Source of the DNA: Felis catus
Lineage: Eukaryota
Assembly (NCBI RefSeq): GCF_018350175.1
Contig: NC_058368.1
Location: forward strand, 64,358,001 to 64,422,000
Reading direction: 5' to 3'
Length of the DNA: 64,000 nt
The notes beneath the pieces are model-generated. The model was not told the origin of the DNA. It made no database searches and saw only the letters and a list, made by a program, of their open reading frames with translations. Positions 51,943 to 64,000 of the stretch are shown piece by piece; the first letter of the stretch is position 1; the number at the start of each line of letters is the position of its first letter. Made by a program: the position numbers and the translations under genes.

Positions 51943-52760
51943 ATACATACACATATACATACAATGGAGTATTGGCAATAAAAAAATGAAATCTTGCCAT
52001 TTGCAACTATGTGGATGGAACTAAAGGGTATTATGTTAAGTGATATTAGAGAAAGACAAATGACTTCACTCATATGAGGAATTTAAGATATAAAACAGAT
52101 GAACATAAGGGAAGGGAACCAAAAATAATATAAAAACAAGGAAAGGGACAAAACATAGGAGACTCTTAAATACAGAGAACAAACTGAGGGTTGTTGGAGG
52201 GGTTGTGGGTGGGGAGATGGGCTAAATGGGTAAGGGACATTAAGGAAGACATTTATTGGGATGAGTGGTAGGTGTTACACATAGGGGATGAATCACTGAA
52301 ATCCATTCCTGAAATCACTATATGCTAGCTAACTTGAATGTAAATTAAAATTAAATGAATTCAAAATTTAAAATTAAAATTAAAAATTGAATGAAATTAA
52401 ATTTAAAAATGACTGAATAAGAAATTTATAAGACACATCAACCAAAAAAAAATAAAAATAAAAATGAACTAAAAACAGTATGTAATGAAAAAAATGAAGT
52501 AATTAAGGTAAAATAAGGTTATTTGGGTAGCCTCTAATCTAATATGCCTGGTGTCCTTATAAGAGGAGATAAGGGCATCAACACACAAAGGGAAGATCAT
52601 ATGAAAACAGAATATGGCCACCAATAAGGCAAAGAGAAAAGCCCTCAGAAAAAAATAACCCATTGTCATTGTGATCTTGGACTTCTACTCTCCAGAAATA
52701 TGAGAAAATAATGTCTGTTATTTCATTCCATCTGTGGCAATTTGTTATGGCATCCCTATC
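51476..52760 (+). mobile_element. MLT1B-like solo LTR split by an L1
   Basis: Starts TGTTATGGGCTGAATTGTG; resumes at 52496 with TAAGGTAAAATAAGG...GGTGTCCTTATAAGAGGAG...ATCTTGGACTTCTACTCTCCAGAA...TTTGTTATGGCATCCCTA. Confidence 0.88.
51579..52495 (+). mobile_element. 5'-truncated carnivore/felid L1 nested in MLT1B
   Basis: GGGAATGCAAATTGGTGCAGCCACTCTGGAAAACAGTGTGGAGGTTCCTCAAAAAATT, carnivore 3' UTR; TSD GAAGTAA(C/T)TAAG at 51567-51578 and 52496-52507; internal (TG)n. Confidence 0.92.
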
Positions 52761-53150
52761 ATCTGTTTGAGTGTGTTATACATATATGTGGATTTCCCAG
52801 TTTTTTTGTAGTAATTGCTTAAGTTCATTGTGATCAGGGAAGATGCTTGGTATAATTTCAGTTTTGTTTAAATTTGATAAAGGCCTAACATATGGTCTAA
52901 TATGTTTATGACCTAACATATAGTCTGCCCTGGAGTATGTTCCAGGTACCCTTCAGAAGATTGCGTATTCTGTTGTGTAGAATGTTCTGTATGTGTCACT
53001 GCTGTTGTGTCTAGTTTTACCCATTATTGAAAGTGGGGTATTGAGGTCTCCTATTATTATTAGTTTTTTTTATTATAGAACTGTCTATGTCTTTGAATTT
53101 TGTCAATGTGCACATCGTGTATATTGAGACTGCTATTTACAATATATACC

Positions 53151-53371
53151 TATATAGATAAATATGCACTATATATATGCACTATAAATATGCACTATAC
53201 ATATATGCACTATATATAGATAAATATGCACTATATATATGCACTATAGATATGCACTATACATATATGCACTATATATAGATAAATATGCACTATATAT
53301 ATGCACTATAAATATGCACTATACATATATGCACTATATATAGATAAATATGCACTATATAGATAAACATG

Positions 53372-53412
<41 letters not shown>
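53151..53412. repeat. 62-bp higher-order minisatellite of ATATGCACTATA-core units followed by (TA)n
   Basis: GATAAATATGCAC recurs at 53157, 53219, 53281 and 53343. Confidence 0.95.
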
Positions 53413-53413
<1 letters not shown>

Positions 53414-53573
53414 CTTCTTGATGACTCAATACTTTGAATAAGCATCCCACTGCCTCATGTTCTCCATAGGTTTGATGAGGAATTGGCTGTTAATATTATT
53501 AAAAACCCATTATACATGGTTGTGAGTCTTCTTCCTTGGCATTTTTGAAGATTTCTCTTTGTATTTGGCTTAA

Positions 53574-53769
53574 ATTTTTTTAATGTTTATTTTTGAGAGA
53601 GTAAGTGAGTGAGAGTGAGCAGAGTAGGGTTAGAGGGAGGAAGGCAGAGGATCTGAAGCAGGCTCTGTGCTGATAGTGGAGAGCCTGACGTGGGGCTTGA
53701 ACTCACGAACTATGATACCATGACCTGAGCTGAAGTCAGACACCCAAATAACTGAGCCACCCAGGCGCC
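53574..53769 (-). mobile_element. CanSINE
   Basis: TTTAATGTTTATTTTTGAGAG...CATGACCTGAGCTGAAGTC...GAGCCACCCAGGCGCC. Confidence 0.93.
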
Positions 53770-53935
53770 GCTTAATGATTGGAGTACAACGTGTTTTAGT
53801 GTGGCTCTTGTGTTTGTCCTACTTGTAGTACACTGAATCTCTTTGATGTTTTACTTTGTATTTTACATTTGGGAAGTTTTCAACCATTATTCCTTCAAAT
53901 ACATACATATATATATTTGACCCTTCAAATATATA

Positions 53936-53976
53936 TACATACATACATACATACATACATACATACATACATACAT
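53936..53976. repeat. (TACA)n tetranucleotide microsatellite
   Basis: Directly visible. Confidence 0.95.
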
Positions 53977-54191
53977 AGAAATGAAGGTCACAATGGTATA
54001 AATTAGCCTTATTAAAACATTCTACTTTTTTATCACATATGTCACAGTATTTATTGTTAATAATAACTCTAATATTGACTAACAATAACTGTTTAACTGG
54101 GTACCAGAAACTGTTAAATGACTTTTATAGATTATCTCAAAAATAATCATAGTAAGTCTATGAGGATTAGTGTATTGAGTGCTTAGCTTTT

Positions 54192-54376
54192 TTTTTTTTT
54201 TTTTAAGTTTTAATTTATTTTGAGAGAGAGTACATGAGAGCAGGAGAGGGGCAGAGATAGAAGGAGCAAGAGAATCCCAAGGAGGCTCCATGCTGTCAGC
54301 ACAGAGCTCACGAACTATGAGAATATGACTGGAGCCAAAGTCAGATGCTTAACTAACTCAGCCACCCAGGTGCGCC
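54192..54376 (-). mobile_element. CanSINE with internal deletion
   Basis: Ends CAGCCACCCAGGTGCGCC; TSD CTTAGCTTTT. Confidence 0.92.
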
Positions 54377-54685
54377 AACCCTTAGCTTTTCTTACATATT
54401 TTAACAACTTAATAACAAGATAGATATACCAACATAAAAAAGCATCACCATCCTTTTTCTCATACTAAAAAGAATAAAAGCAGTGAAATATATTCTTCTG
54501 AATATATTTTTGAGAAAGTTCATGAGCTGCCTAAAGATTCCCTAAAAGAATTCTTAAAGCTCCCTATCAGTTATCCACTCTAAAAAAATTATTTTGAATT
54601 TTATAATTCTAAGCCTTAAGTTTCTTTTAAATGGTTGCAGGAGAAATTTAGCAGGAACTGGAAACGAGATAGAAAATTATCCACA

Positions 54686-54900
54686 GGGGCACCTGGGTGG
54701 CTCAGTCGGTTGAGCATCCGACTTCAGCTCAGGTCACGATCTCACGGTCCGTGAGTTCGAGCCCCGCGTCGGGCTCTGGGCTGATGGCTCAGAGCCTGGA
54801 GCCTGTTTCCGATTCTGTGTCTCCCTCTCTCTCTGCCCCTCCCCCGTTCATGCTGTGTCTCTCTCTGTCCCAAAAATAAATCAACTTTAAAAAAAAAAAA
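54686..54900 (+). mobile_element. CanSINE, young felid type
   Basis: Intact A/B boxes, CpGs retained; perfect 15-bp TSD AGAAAATTATCCACA at 54671-54685 and 54901-54915. Confidence 0.98.
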
Positions 54901-57294
54901 AGAAAATTATCCACATACATCCTTGTATACACAGGTTTTATTGTATAGAATAATAATAAATAGTTTTTCAAGTGGTATACAGGATATGTGTCTGATAATA
55001 CTGTAAAATGTTAAGTGTTAGATAATTTTCAGGTTATATTATTAATTTTGAATTATTTAATTTATCTGGAACTTTGGTAAAGTCAAGGCTACAAGATGTA
55101 GTGTTGGTAGTTAATGATGCAACGTATCTTTGCCCATTGCTATGTAGTCAATAGACTAGGGTGAACAATCTAAACCTCTATTATAAACAGTTAATATGAG
55201 GAAATGGATTTGACTTATATTGTTTTGATTTATAGCACTTTTCCATGAATGTAAATCACAAATGTAAGAAGCCCCTTTATTTTGCATACTTGTGATTAGA
55301 AATTTTAACAAAATTTTTGAATACAGATTCAAATAAGCTGTGACGTTGGAAATCTTTTAATTAGATTCAATTAGTCTTTTATGATTTTGTTTTCTAGTAC
55401 TTTAAATTAAGGAATTATATAGACTTTTTAATGAAAATATAACTTTGAAAAATCAGTGATGTATATCATTCCAACTCTTAAAATGCCCTATATTTTTTTA
55501 TTTTGTCCTATAACTCATGACAAAGATCTTTATGAATATCTCTTTTAAAGGCCATAATTCAGCACTTCAAAGCATTCCACATGATAGACCATTAGTTATC
55601 TTAAATAATTTCTATCTATAGTAATGAAAATCTTTTGACAGAAGCTGATATACTTAGGAACAAACCTTTGATGGGTCATTATATATTAAAAAAAAAAAAG
55701 TGCGACACTAGAGTCATATCCACACCTCCAGAAGAATAATGTCTGTGAATAATGGCTGTAATTAACGTTCAGATTTATAAATGTGCATTTCTAATCCTAA
55801 CAATTCCTTTTAAGTAAAAGTACTAACATTCCTAAGAAAAATCTTAACGATTATGACACATTCCTGTTTTAAAAAATTACTTTTTAGATAGGCAGGGTAA
55901 AAACAATACAATATTTAATAAATATAGCATAAACTTAGACAGAGTAGAGATTTTGTCTTTTTCTCCCAGAAGATGATCTATAACCATAAATGATTATTTC
56001 TGAAGCCTAAGAAAAAGTTAAAGGATTACTATTCTAGTTTAAAAATTCAAGTAACTGTTTGTTTTCATCTTTTGTATCTGAAATTATGTGCACATTTAAC
56101 TTACTAAGAAATCATTAGTAACTATTGTTCTAAAGTGGGTTTATTGCAGAATATGGGCCTTTATCTAAGTATTGCATACATAGTAGAGACTTTTAAGCTG
56201 TTAGTATGATTATGTTTATCATTTGTATGATATGCAAATTACATAGTCAGCCTGAGGCTTATGAAAAAGCAGGTTTGTGGAACTGACATTAAGGAGTGCT
56301 CCCTGCTTAATTTGTCCACCCTGGAACCAAATTCCACAGTGTGATAACATATTTGTAACAATACCTGGAAGGATTGTTTTTTAAATCAAACTTTGGCTGA
56401 AAACAACTGATTAATCCCTCACCAAAGAATGAAACTCATTTGTGTTTCAAGCCACATAAAGCTGAAGTTCCTTATTCTTTCCTGAAGACACGTTTTCCAG
56501 AAGCATGCTTTTCTTGTGCAGAGGACTGTAAGCAAAGAATATCATCCTAGAGTGTTCTTTTGAAGGAATACAGTGCAGTAGTGAGGACATTAGACTGTGT
56601 ATAAAGAGAATGTTGTTCCCAAAGTCCTATGCCCAAAACTTGTTGTATCAATTTCTCAATCAATTTCAAAATCTGGATTCTCTCCTTTTTATTCTGCCTC
56701 ATTGTCCTCAAACTTAAGCTACAATAGAGTCACCTGGAAAATCTACAGTCAGATAAATTTTGCTAGCTTCATCATGAGCAAGGGTAATGCCCTGATAGAT
56801 CCTAGCCCTCTTCACTGGAACTGGTAAAAAGTTGGACTCCTGGCTATTTAGGAATTGTGGTTTCAACAGCAATAAAGACAGAGAGTCTGTTATTTTCCTA
56901 TTGAAGTGTCAGAGTAGCCTCTTTACACATAGTGTAAGACAAGGGAGAGAGTACGCTAAATAACATGCCACTTAATGGAATCAACTTGTCTGGAAGTAAA
57001 ACTGCCCTTTTAGCCTAAAGGAAATATTGAAACTCAGAAAAATAGGGACTCTTTTGAAATAACAAACTGAATATTCATTCCTAATAACTTCAGCTTTCTT
57101 GATGTAGTAGGTCATGTAATCATCTTCTAGACAGAAGTCGGCAACGAGCTAGAGGTTTGAAAAGATGCAAGTTCTGGAATCCCTGTTGTTGGAAATGGGA
57201 GAAAGGGCTGCATCAAGACAGGTAAAAAGGTACTTGAGAGTCTAGTTAAACTTACAGATGATATTGATATGTAGGTAGGCGCTAAAGTATATTA

Positions 57295-57520
57295 AAAATG
57301 GGGTAGCAAGAAAAATATATGGAGAACTTGGTTTCTTGCAAAATACAGATTCTTCACTGACTAGCTTTCTGACCTATGTTGCTTAACCTATCCATAACTT
57401 GTTTTATTCACCTTCTTAGTGAGCATAATGCATTTTCTGTTCCATCAGGATTAGGGATTATATATACAAACTGGTCACAATTGTAAATTATAAAGTTGTA
57501 TGTAAGTCCAAGATACTATT
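57295..57520 (+). mobile_element. MIR remnant
   Basis: CACTGACTAGCTTTCTGACCT...TGCTTAACCT...ATCAGGATTAGGGATTA. Confidence 0.55.
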
Positions 57521-59125
57521 TTTATTGATGTGATTATAGTTTAAACTTTAACTTTGCAGACAGTTGAATGTATATAATGGAACAGATCTATCATGTACGA
57601 TATGTATAAATTCTGTATGCCAATATACATGTAGATAGTTTGATTTTTACATAATTACGTAGACTTATCTGTACTATGCTTATTTACATATTTTAATATA
57701 CATCTATATGTAGAATATATATAAATTTTTATATGTATATAGATATATATGAATAGATATGAATTTCAGTCCCTTATAGTAAATATTATTCCATACATTA
57801 ATCTTCCATTTAAAACACTGCAAGTACAATGTTGGCACTAATTATCTGCACTGGAATTAATGTTGCACTTAATATCTATTTTTTCCATTATGTTGTTTGA
57901 GGACAGTTGAGCAATATAATGCCCATTGGGAAAAGAACAAAGTACCACAATTGTTGACATAGATTTTTTTTGAGTGCTTCTATGCACATGAATGAAATGA
58001 ACTCAGTGTAATTGCTGTAGTGGAGATTGTGAAATTGAATGGTGCCCTTGGATATAACCCAAATGCAAACCTCATTTTGTTGCAGTAGTTTGCTTTAAAA
58101 GGAAAGAAGGTAGCAAACCTAGAATCAAAGAATTGCATTTTAAACCGAGTATTGCATTTATTTTCAATCTACCTTTTGTACTAGTAAATTCTTTGTTGGA
58201 CTGTTTCTTTAGAGATGATTAGATTTGACATATGAAAAAATAGTTTTATGATTTTAATAACATCTTTCACTTTTTTTTGGTGAATAAGATTAGTTAGCAA
58301 GTACATTATTTTGTCAATGTTTTATGATAATGATACTTGACCAACTACATATTTATGCTGCATAATATTAGCTGGACTATTACCTCTTTATTTATTTATT
58401 TTTTAATTCAAAGTATCTTGATTCCTTGGTGAATTACTTACAGCAGAAACATTTTTCAGAAACATTTGTTATCTCCTTAAAATCTCTTCTCTCTTTCAGT
58501 AATCACCCCCCTCTTATTACCCTTATGGAAGGATCAAAGTAGTAAAGAGAAGGCTTATCTTTATTACTATCTCTGTAATTCTTCTATCTTTTTCCGTATC
58601 AAAAACCATAATCCCTATTATCCCAAATTATTTTTCCAGTTACAATCTAGAATTTCTTTTCGTCTTCATTCATAACCAATGCCTCTATTCTCTCTACTTT
58701 TACCCTCTAATAGTACCCCCCTCCCCCGCCGACAAGTTCCTTTCCTTCAGTTGGGAAGCATATAGGTACCAGAACTGGTTTTAGGGAGATGGAATGCAGC
58801 AATCCAGCACAGAGCTATGGGGACTGGATCATGTTTGGTACTTCTTTTCAGGAAAGGCAAAAAATACCATGCCAGAGTCTCAGTGACAGTACAAGTGATG
58901 CCTGAGTGTTACACTTGTTAGAGAAGTTAAATGAGTCAATATAGCCGATAAAGTTTAATATTTATAACTTAAAGACAGGTACAGAATGTCTAGTTCTGAA
59001 ATAGTCGAAACTCACAGCCTAAGAATTCAAGCATGCAAGATGGGAGTGAGCAGATGTTAAGATTCCAAATGGAGAAGTCAGCACTTGAAGAATGTTGGGA
59101 TTAATATTGAAAATTTAAGAAATGT

Positions 59126-59370
59126 GGGAGCATCTGGGTGCTCAGTTAAGTGTCTGACTTCCAGTTTCTGCTCAGGTCATGATCTCACAGTTGATGAGTT
59201 TGAGCCCCACATCAGGCTCTGCGCTGATGGGGCAGAGCCTGCTTGAGATTCATTCTCTCTCTCTCCCTCTCTCCCCACCCCCCTGCTTCCCCTGCTCACA
59301 ATGCTCTGCTTCCCCTGCTCATGCTCTGTCTCACTCAAAACAAAAAAAAACTTACAAAGAAATTTTAAAA
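59126..59370 (+). mobile_element. CanSINE with internal duplication
   Basis: GGGAGCATCTGGGTGCTCAG head; CTGCTTCCCCTGCTCA present twice; TSD AAAATTTAAGAAATGT at 59110-59125 and 59371-59386. Confidence 0.94.
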
Positions 59371-61571
59371 AAAATTTAAGAAATGTGAATCTAGCCATCA
59401 GGGAGATAGACCTTTATAGCAATTAACATGGGTAGGGACCAAGAGTTCTAGTTTAGGTTACTGGTGATAAAACACCAGATATTGGCTCTTTAGGATTTGG
59501 TATAAACCAGGCAACATTGTTCAAACATAACCAAGAACAGCTGGTCAGTGAGGATCTAAGCCATACCATGGTCATCATATACAAAGAATCAGAGACCAGA
59601 GAGCAGATGATTAGAAAGTGATAGATACCACTTAGTGTTTGATAAATTACCCATTCATCCAATCAACAAATAGTTGTCTACTTTGTGGAGGCCCTGTGAT
59701 AGTTCTGAGGTCACAACTGTGAGTGAGCAGGTTCCTTGGCCTCAGCTCCACAAAGACTAGAAGCGTGGGCTCATAAATATATAACATCACAGCACCGAAA
59801 AAAATGCTAATAGGAGATTCTAAATGTTTTAAGGGAGCTTCTGTATATGATATATACTTCTTTAAGTTTTATATAAGTTCCATTCTATTTACTCTTGAAT
59901 TATGGTGAATATAAATCAAGAGTAACTTTTCTAACTTCATAGTATCTGTAGAACTTGAACCCCATAACTTATAAGCTTCACTCTAGATACTGGGCTGTCC
60001 AAGATTTTAATGCAAAGGGTTAATGTGACCATCTTGGAACCTAATTTTGGAAGGTAATAAATAAGTAGACCGTCTTATCATCTTTATTGTAATTCTTGTT
60101 ACTGTATATTGTGGAGAATAGGCCCCTGCCCATTCTATCTTTGAGTAGCCAGAGATAGTTGTTTAATCTTTCAACTATGTATTAAATACCCACATTTAAG
60201 TGTATAATTCATCAAACTTTTAAATAATTTTCCTTTGAATACATTCTTTATAAACAAATTTGTTATAACTAGGTATAATTAGAACATTTGATTTTTTTTT
60301 TCTTAGAATTTGATATTTTTTCCACTAAATGTTGAAATGAATGAAACAAAACTGATCGTGAGATGTGGCTTATGATCTCAGAAATCCATTTCCCATCATG
60401 GAGACCTGTGTTTAAACCATTTTAGTGCCACCTAAAATGGATGCAAAATGAATCTAGCCATAATCATTATCTCAAAACAATATATCTAAACAACTTTCAA
60501 GTTATTTAAAATATTTTCCTAAGTGATGTAACTATCAGAATAATGTACTATTCATTACTTATATCCAACTGTTCATACTAAAGTACCATTTTTCATCTGT
60601 ATTTGCCACCAAGGCCATATTCAGTTAAATACAGGGCAAAAATATATCACCAATCTTTTAAATTATAGTTATTTAAGTCTGAAAATACATTCAAAGGAGG
60701 TGAATTATTAAAACTGACATAGATCTAGTTAATTATTTTAAAAAATAAGTAATTGTATTTTTCTTAGGGTAAATCTCAACCAACCATAAGACATATAGTC
60801 AATGAAAATGTGTGTTTTAGTATACACTTAAAAATAAGATATTTGTCCCTCAGCACACTGCTTTGATCCCATCAACTGTTTATTTTACTATTCTCCCCTT
60901 CACACAGCATTATCAGGGAAATACCCTGGGTTAAGAAACTAGACTGTCAAAATGTTAACACAACATTTCATTAAAAGAATATTATAAAACATCGTTCTAA
61001 AGAAAATTTTTCAAATCTGGTATTTTAAATTGATGTTCACTTTTTCTAAGAATATATTCATTCATTTTATTTATTTATAAGTCTGTGAAATATTTGATCA
61101 TATTTGATAGAAAATCCAAAACTCCCTAAGCTTGTTTCCAAGTCTTCAGATTTCAAGTCCACTATTTCTTGACCCACCATAAATTTCATTGCCCATAGAG
61201 AGCACCTGGCCCATCTCCCTGATTGAGAGTCAGTGAAGGATTCAGGGGAGTAGCTCTTAGGGTAGCCAGAGGGCAACTGGGATAGTAGATTGCCCAAGAA
61301 GGACAAAATGCAGAAGAGTTTTTTAAAGGAGGGCACTGTCCCTTTCAAGTGCTACAGAGAGATGGCAAAGTACCTAGACTGAGACAGCAAGTGGACTGGC
61401 TTCTCCATTAGGTCCAGCTGTGACTTTTAAAAGATTGTTTCAATTGAGTAGTGAGATTAGAAACTGGATTTCAAGATGCTACAGAGTAAATGAGCAGTGA
61501 AAAAGTTAAATGAAGTATGAATAGGCCAATGTTTTTTCAAACTTTGAATTTTTTTTTTTGCAAAAGTAGAA

Positions 61572-61604
<33 letters not shown>

Positions 61605-61617
61605 CGCGCGCGCGCAC

Positions 61618-61671
<54 letters not shown>

Positions 61672-61688
61672 CAGAGAGAGACAGAGAG
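61572..61688. repeat. Compound microsatellite (TG)n(CG/CA)n(AG)n
   Basis: Directly visible; explains the VCVC/RERE ORFs. Confidence 0.97.
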
Positions 61689-63029
61689 AAACCCTGAAAC
61701 TGTTAGGAAGCAAAACGTCTGTTCTTCCCCTTCTCTTCCTAGGTCTCAGTATCTGTAGAAAATAACTTGGAAACTAAAGACAGAACAGTCCTTTGCAATG
61801 TTTACCCAAGTAAGAAAGGAAAAAGAAATAAGAGAAAAAGGTGCATGAAGGAGATGCACAGTATACTGGATGGAGTAGAAGAACTTGATGGATCCTCAGA
61901 GAAAAAATAAATTTAGTCAAGAGGAGGCATCATGTGTGAGGTGGCCTAATGGAGACTCCACTCTAGCCAGATGCATCCTTCCTATTTCTCTTAAAGCTAA
62001 TAATCCTGCCCAGACTCTGCTCTCATTCTTGATCTAAACAGAAAGCGCATAATGAATGGTGGCCCCCTAGGGCCTTACCCTTGGCATAAAATCATTTTTT
62101 ATCTCACCTTTAACCTGCTGCATTATTATTCTGTATTTGAGCTCAATTGTTCAGTCTGTGGGACCAATTAACGTAGAGGAGGAGAGCATAGTTTTGGGTT
62201 TTTTGTTTGTTTGACAAAGATCTTATGGTAGAGAGCAAGAGCCAAAGTCAATGGAAGAAAAAAACCACAGGATATTGAAAATGCCTACTCTTTAGCTACT
62301 TAGCGTTATTTTAAAATTCAACTTTTCATATGAAGATGAAATTTCATATATTTTATATATTTTATTTATTTCTTCAGACCCTTAGACTGTTCCTTTAAGA
62401 AATACATGCTGAAAAGTAAACATAGCTTAAGAAATTTGTGTTCTCTTTTTTAAACATGTATCTCTTTTTTAGGCTTACACTCAAAATTGTATGTTATCCG
62501 TGTATGTGTGTGTGTGTGTGTCAACCAAAAGTTTGTAATTTTTAATTTTGGTTGTGGCCCAGGAGCTCAAGTGTGAGCTCAAACTTGTGTAAAACAAAGT
62601 CACAAACCTTCCCTAAAACTAAGTCAGACAGGTATTGGGATGAGGGGAGGTGAAAATAGAAAACACAGAAGAGGTGAAAATAGAAAACACAGAAAAGGAA
62701 ACATACACGCAGAAAACCTAAAATAATATCTCCAAATAATATATCCACATTACAGATAGGAAAATAAGTCAGTAAGGGGTTAAAAAGATCATGCCCCCTA
62801 TTTTTTATCATCACAAGAGGAATAAATATTTTCAATAAGCCTATGTCTACCTTGTATGTAGGAGTACATTTTTAATTGTCAGGCAGAGAGCGACAGCTGA
62901 GGATTTACTTTAAATTATTAAATCTTTTTTTCAATCAAACATGTTGTTCATATATATATTTTTTCAAGGTAATCACCAAGTGGTCCAAAAAGTATAGAGA
63001 GGTGGCTAAAAGCATGGTCTGTGGAATCA

Positions 63030-63230
63030 CAAAAAAAAACAGTGCTGACTCCCTTGGCTTTCTAATTATTCCTTTTTTAATCTAGGAAAAAATAATTGAA
63101 CTGTTCCAACTTGTTTCCTTTATACAATGGAAATTATAAAACTCAACTAAGAGTTTGTCAGCATTGAATAATGTAAGGAAAGTGCTTGTACTGTGCCTGG
63201 TACACAGAATGTTCAACAAACATTACTATG
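63030..63230 (+). mobile_element. MIR remnant
   Basis: TGTTTCCTTTATACAATGGAAATTATAA...AAAGTGCTTGTACTGTGCCTGGTACACAGAATGTTCAACAAACATTA. Confidence 0.65.
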
Positions 63231-64000
63231 ATAAAGAAAAGGGATAAGCCCATGCTTGTTTTGGTATTGGTGTGTGGATGCCATCTTTCTAATACACTGC
63301 ACCAATTCTTCACCATCTGCTAGTTTACATTTATTAAACACTTTTCAGTGGAACTCAAAATACATGCAAACATTATGTTCTCAAGGAATACGTTCCAGTT
63401 GGGGAAGTGAATATATATGTATACAACTAAGAAATCTTGCACAATGTATACAAATGGTACAGAACATCTTTATAAATGGACATTGAATATCCTTGCTTTA
63501 AGAATTCAATAAGGTTTTCTGACAGGGCACGATCATTTCATATTTAGTTATCTTTTTTAATTCCCTGTGTAGATGGTTTATTCAATTCCATAAAGATTTG
63601 GAAAAAGAGATTCAGTAGGAGCTTCTCATATTGATTTGGGGAGGGTTCTTAAGTTTCTTTTTAATAATCCTCCCATATCCTTTTCAGTGTTTCTTCTTTC
63701 TTAGCACAAAGCAAGTTATGGTTCAATTGACTTTCTGTCTACTTAATAAATATTGATATATTGGATGCATTCGAGCATGGCCACGCGTGATCCATCTTTA
63801 AAGGTAGAGTCGTTATTCAGGGAGGTTGCAATTTATTTATTCCTCATTCATTCTCTCATCTTTTGAGAGGGATCATTATGCAAATATTGAACACATTCAT
63901 GCAATGAAAAACAAAACAAAACACTAGCTTTTTAATAGCTGTTGAAAACGAGATCTCATCCACAGCACAATGGAGTGAATACAGACCCTATTGTGCACAT

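Larger units (their letters stand above)
50070..53900 (-). mobile_element. Old L1 (L1M) ORF2-ORF1 fragments hosting nested insertions
   Basis: ORF 50381-50578 KEILENQIH...IKHCDQVEFISRMQG matches the L1 RT motif region (HHDQVGFIPGMQG); further antisense L1 motifs to ~53900. Confidence 0.8.

Noticed and set aside
1..64000. Prokaryote-style systems (CRISPR, operons, defence islands)
   Set aside because: The sequence is clearly mammalian (CanSINE, L1, L2, MIR); there are no repeat-spacer arrays and no long ORFs.

Overview
AT-rich, CpG-depleted mammalian genomic DNA, almost certainly from a felid: about 16 tRNA-derived carnivore SINEs (CanSINE/SINEC) are present, including young SINEC_Fc-type copies with intact target-site duplications (TSDs). 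The window is dominated by interspersed repeats: L1 of several ages, L2, MIR, MaLR/ERVL solo LTRs, a near-full-length Tigger1 DNA transposon and a MER82-like element, plus microsatellites. It reads as intronic or intergenic sequence. I could not recognise any host protein-coding exon. The only ORFs with recognisable products are decayed transposon fragments (Tigger1 transposase, L1 ORF1p/ORF2p). The most notable non-repeat signals are all unproven: a promoter/first-exon-like island at ~22.1-22.6 kb with splice donors on both strands, a candidate recursive (AG|GTAAGT) splice site at 19040, a few exon-shaped unique segments (6.0-6.4, 9.2-9.3, 10.35-10.54 kb), a 62-bp higher-order minisatellite, and a nested L1/MLT1/L1 stack with a possible 3' transduction. 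I found no evidence for a new biological system. Repeat family names come from recalled consensus sequences, not a database search, and boundaries of old repeats are approximate.
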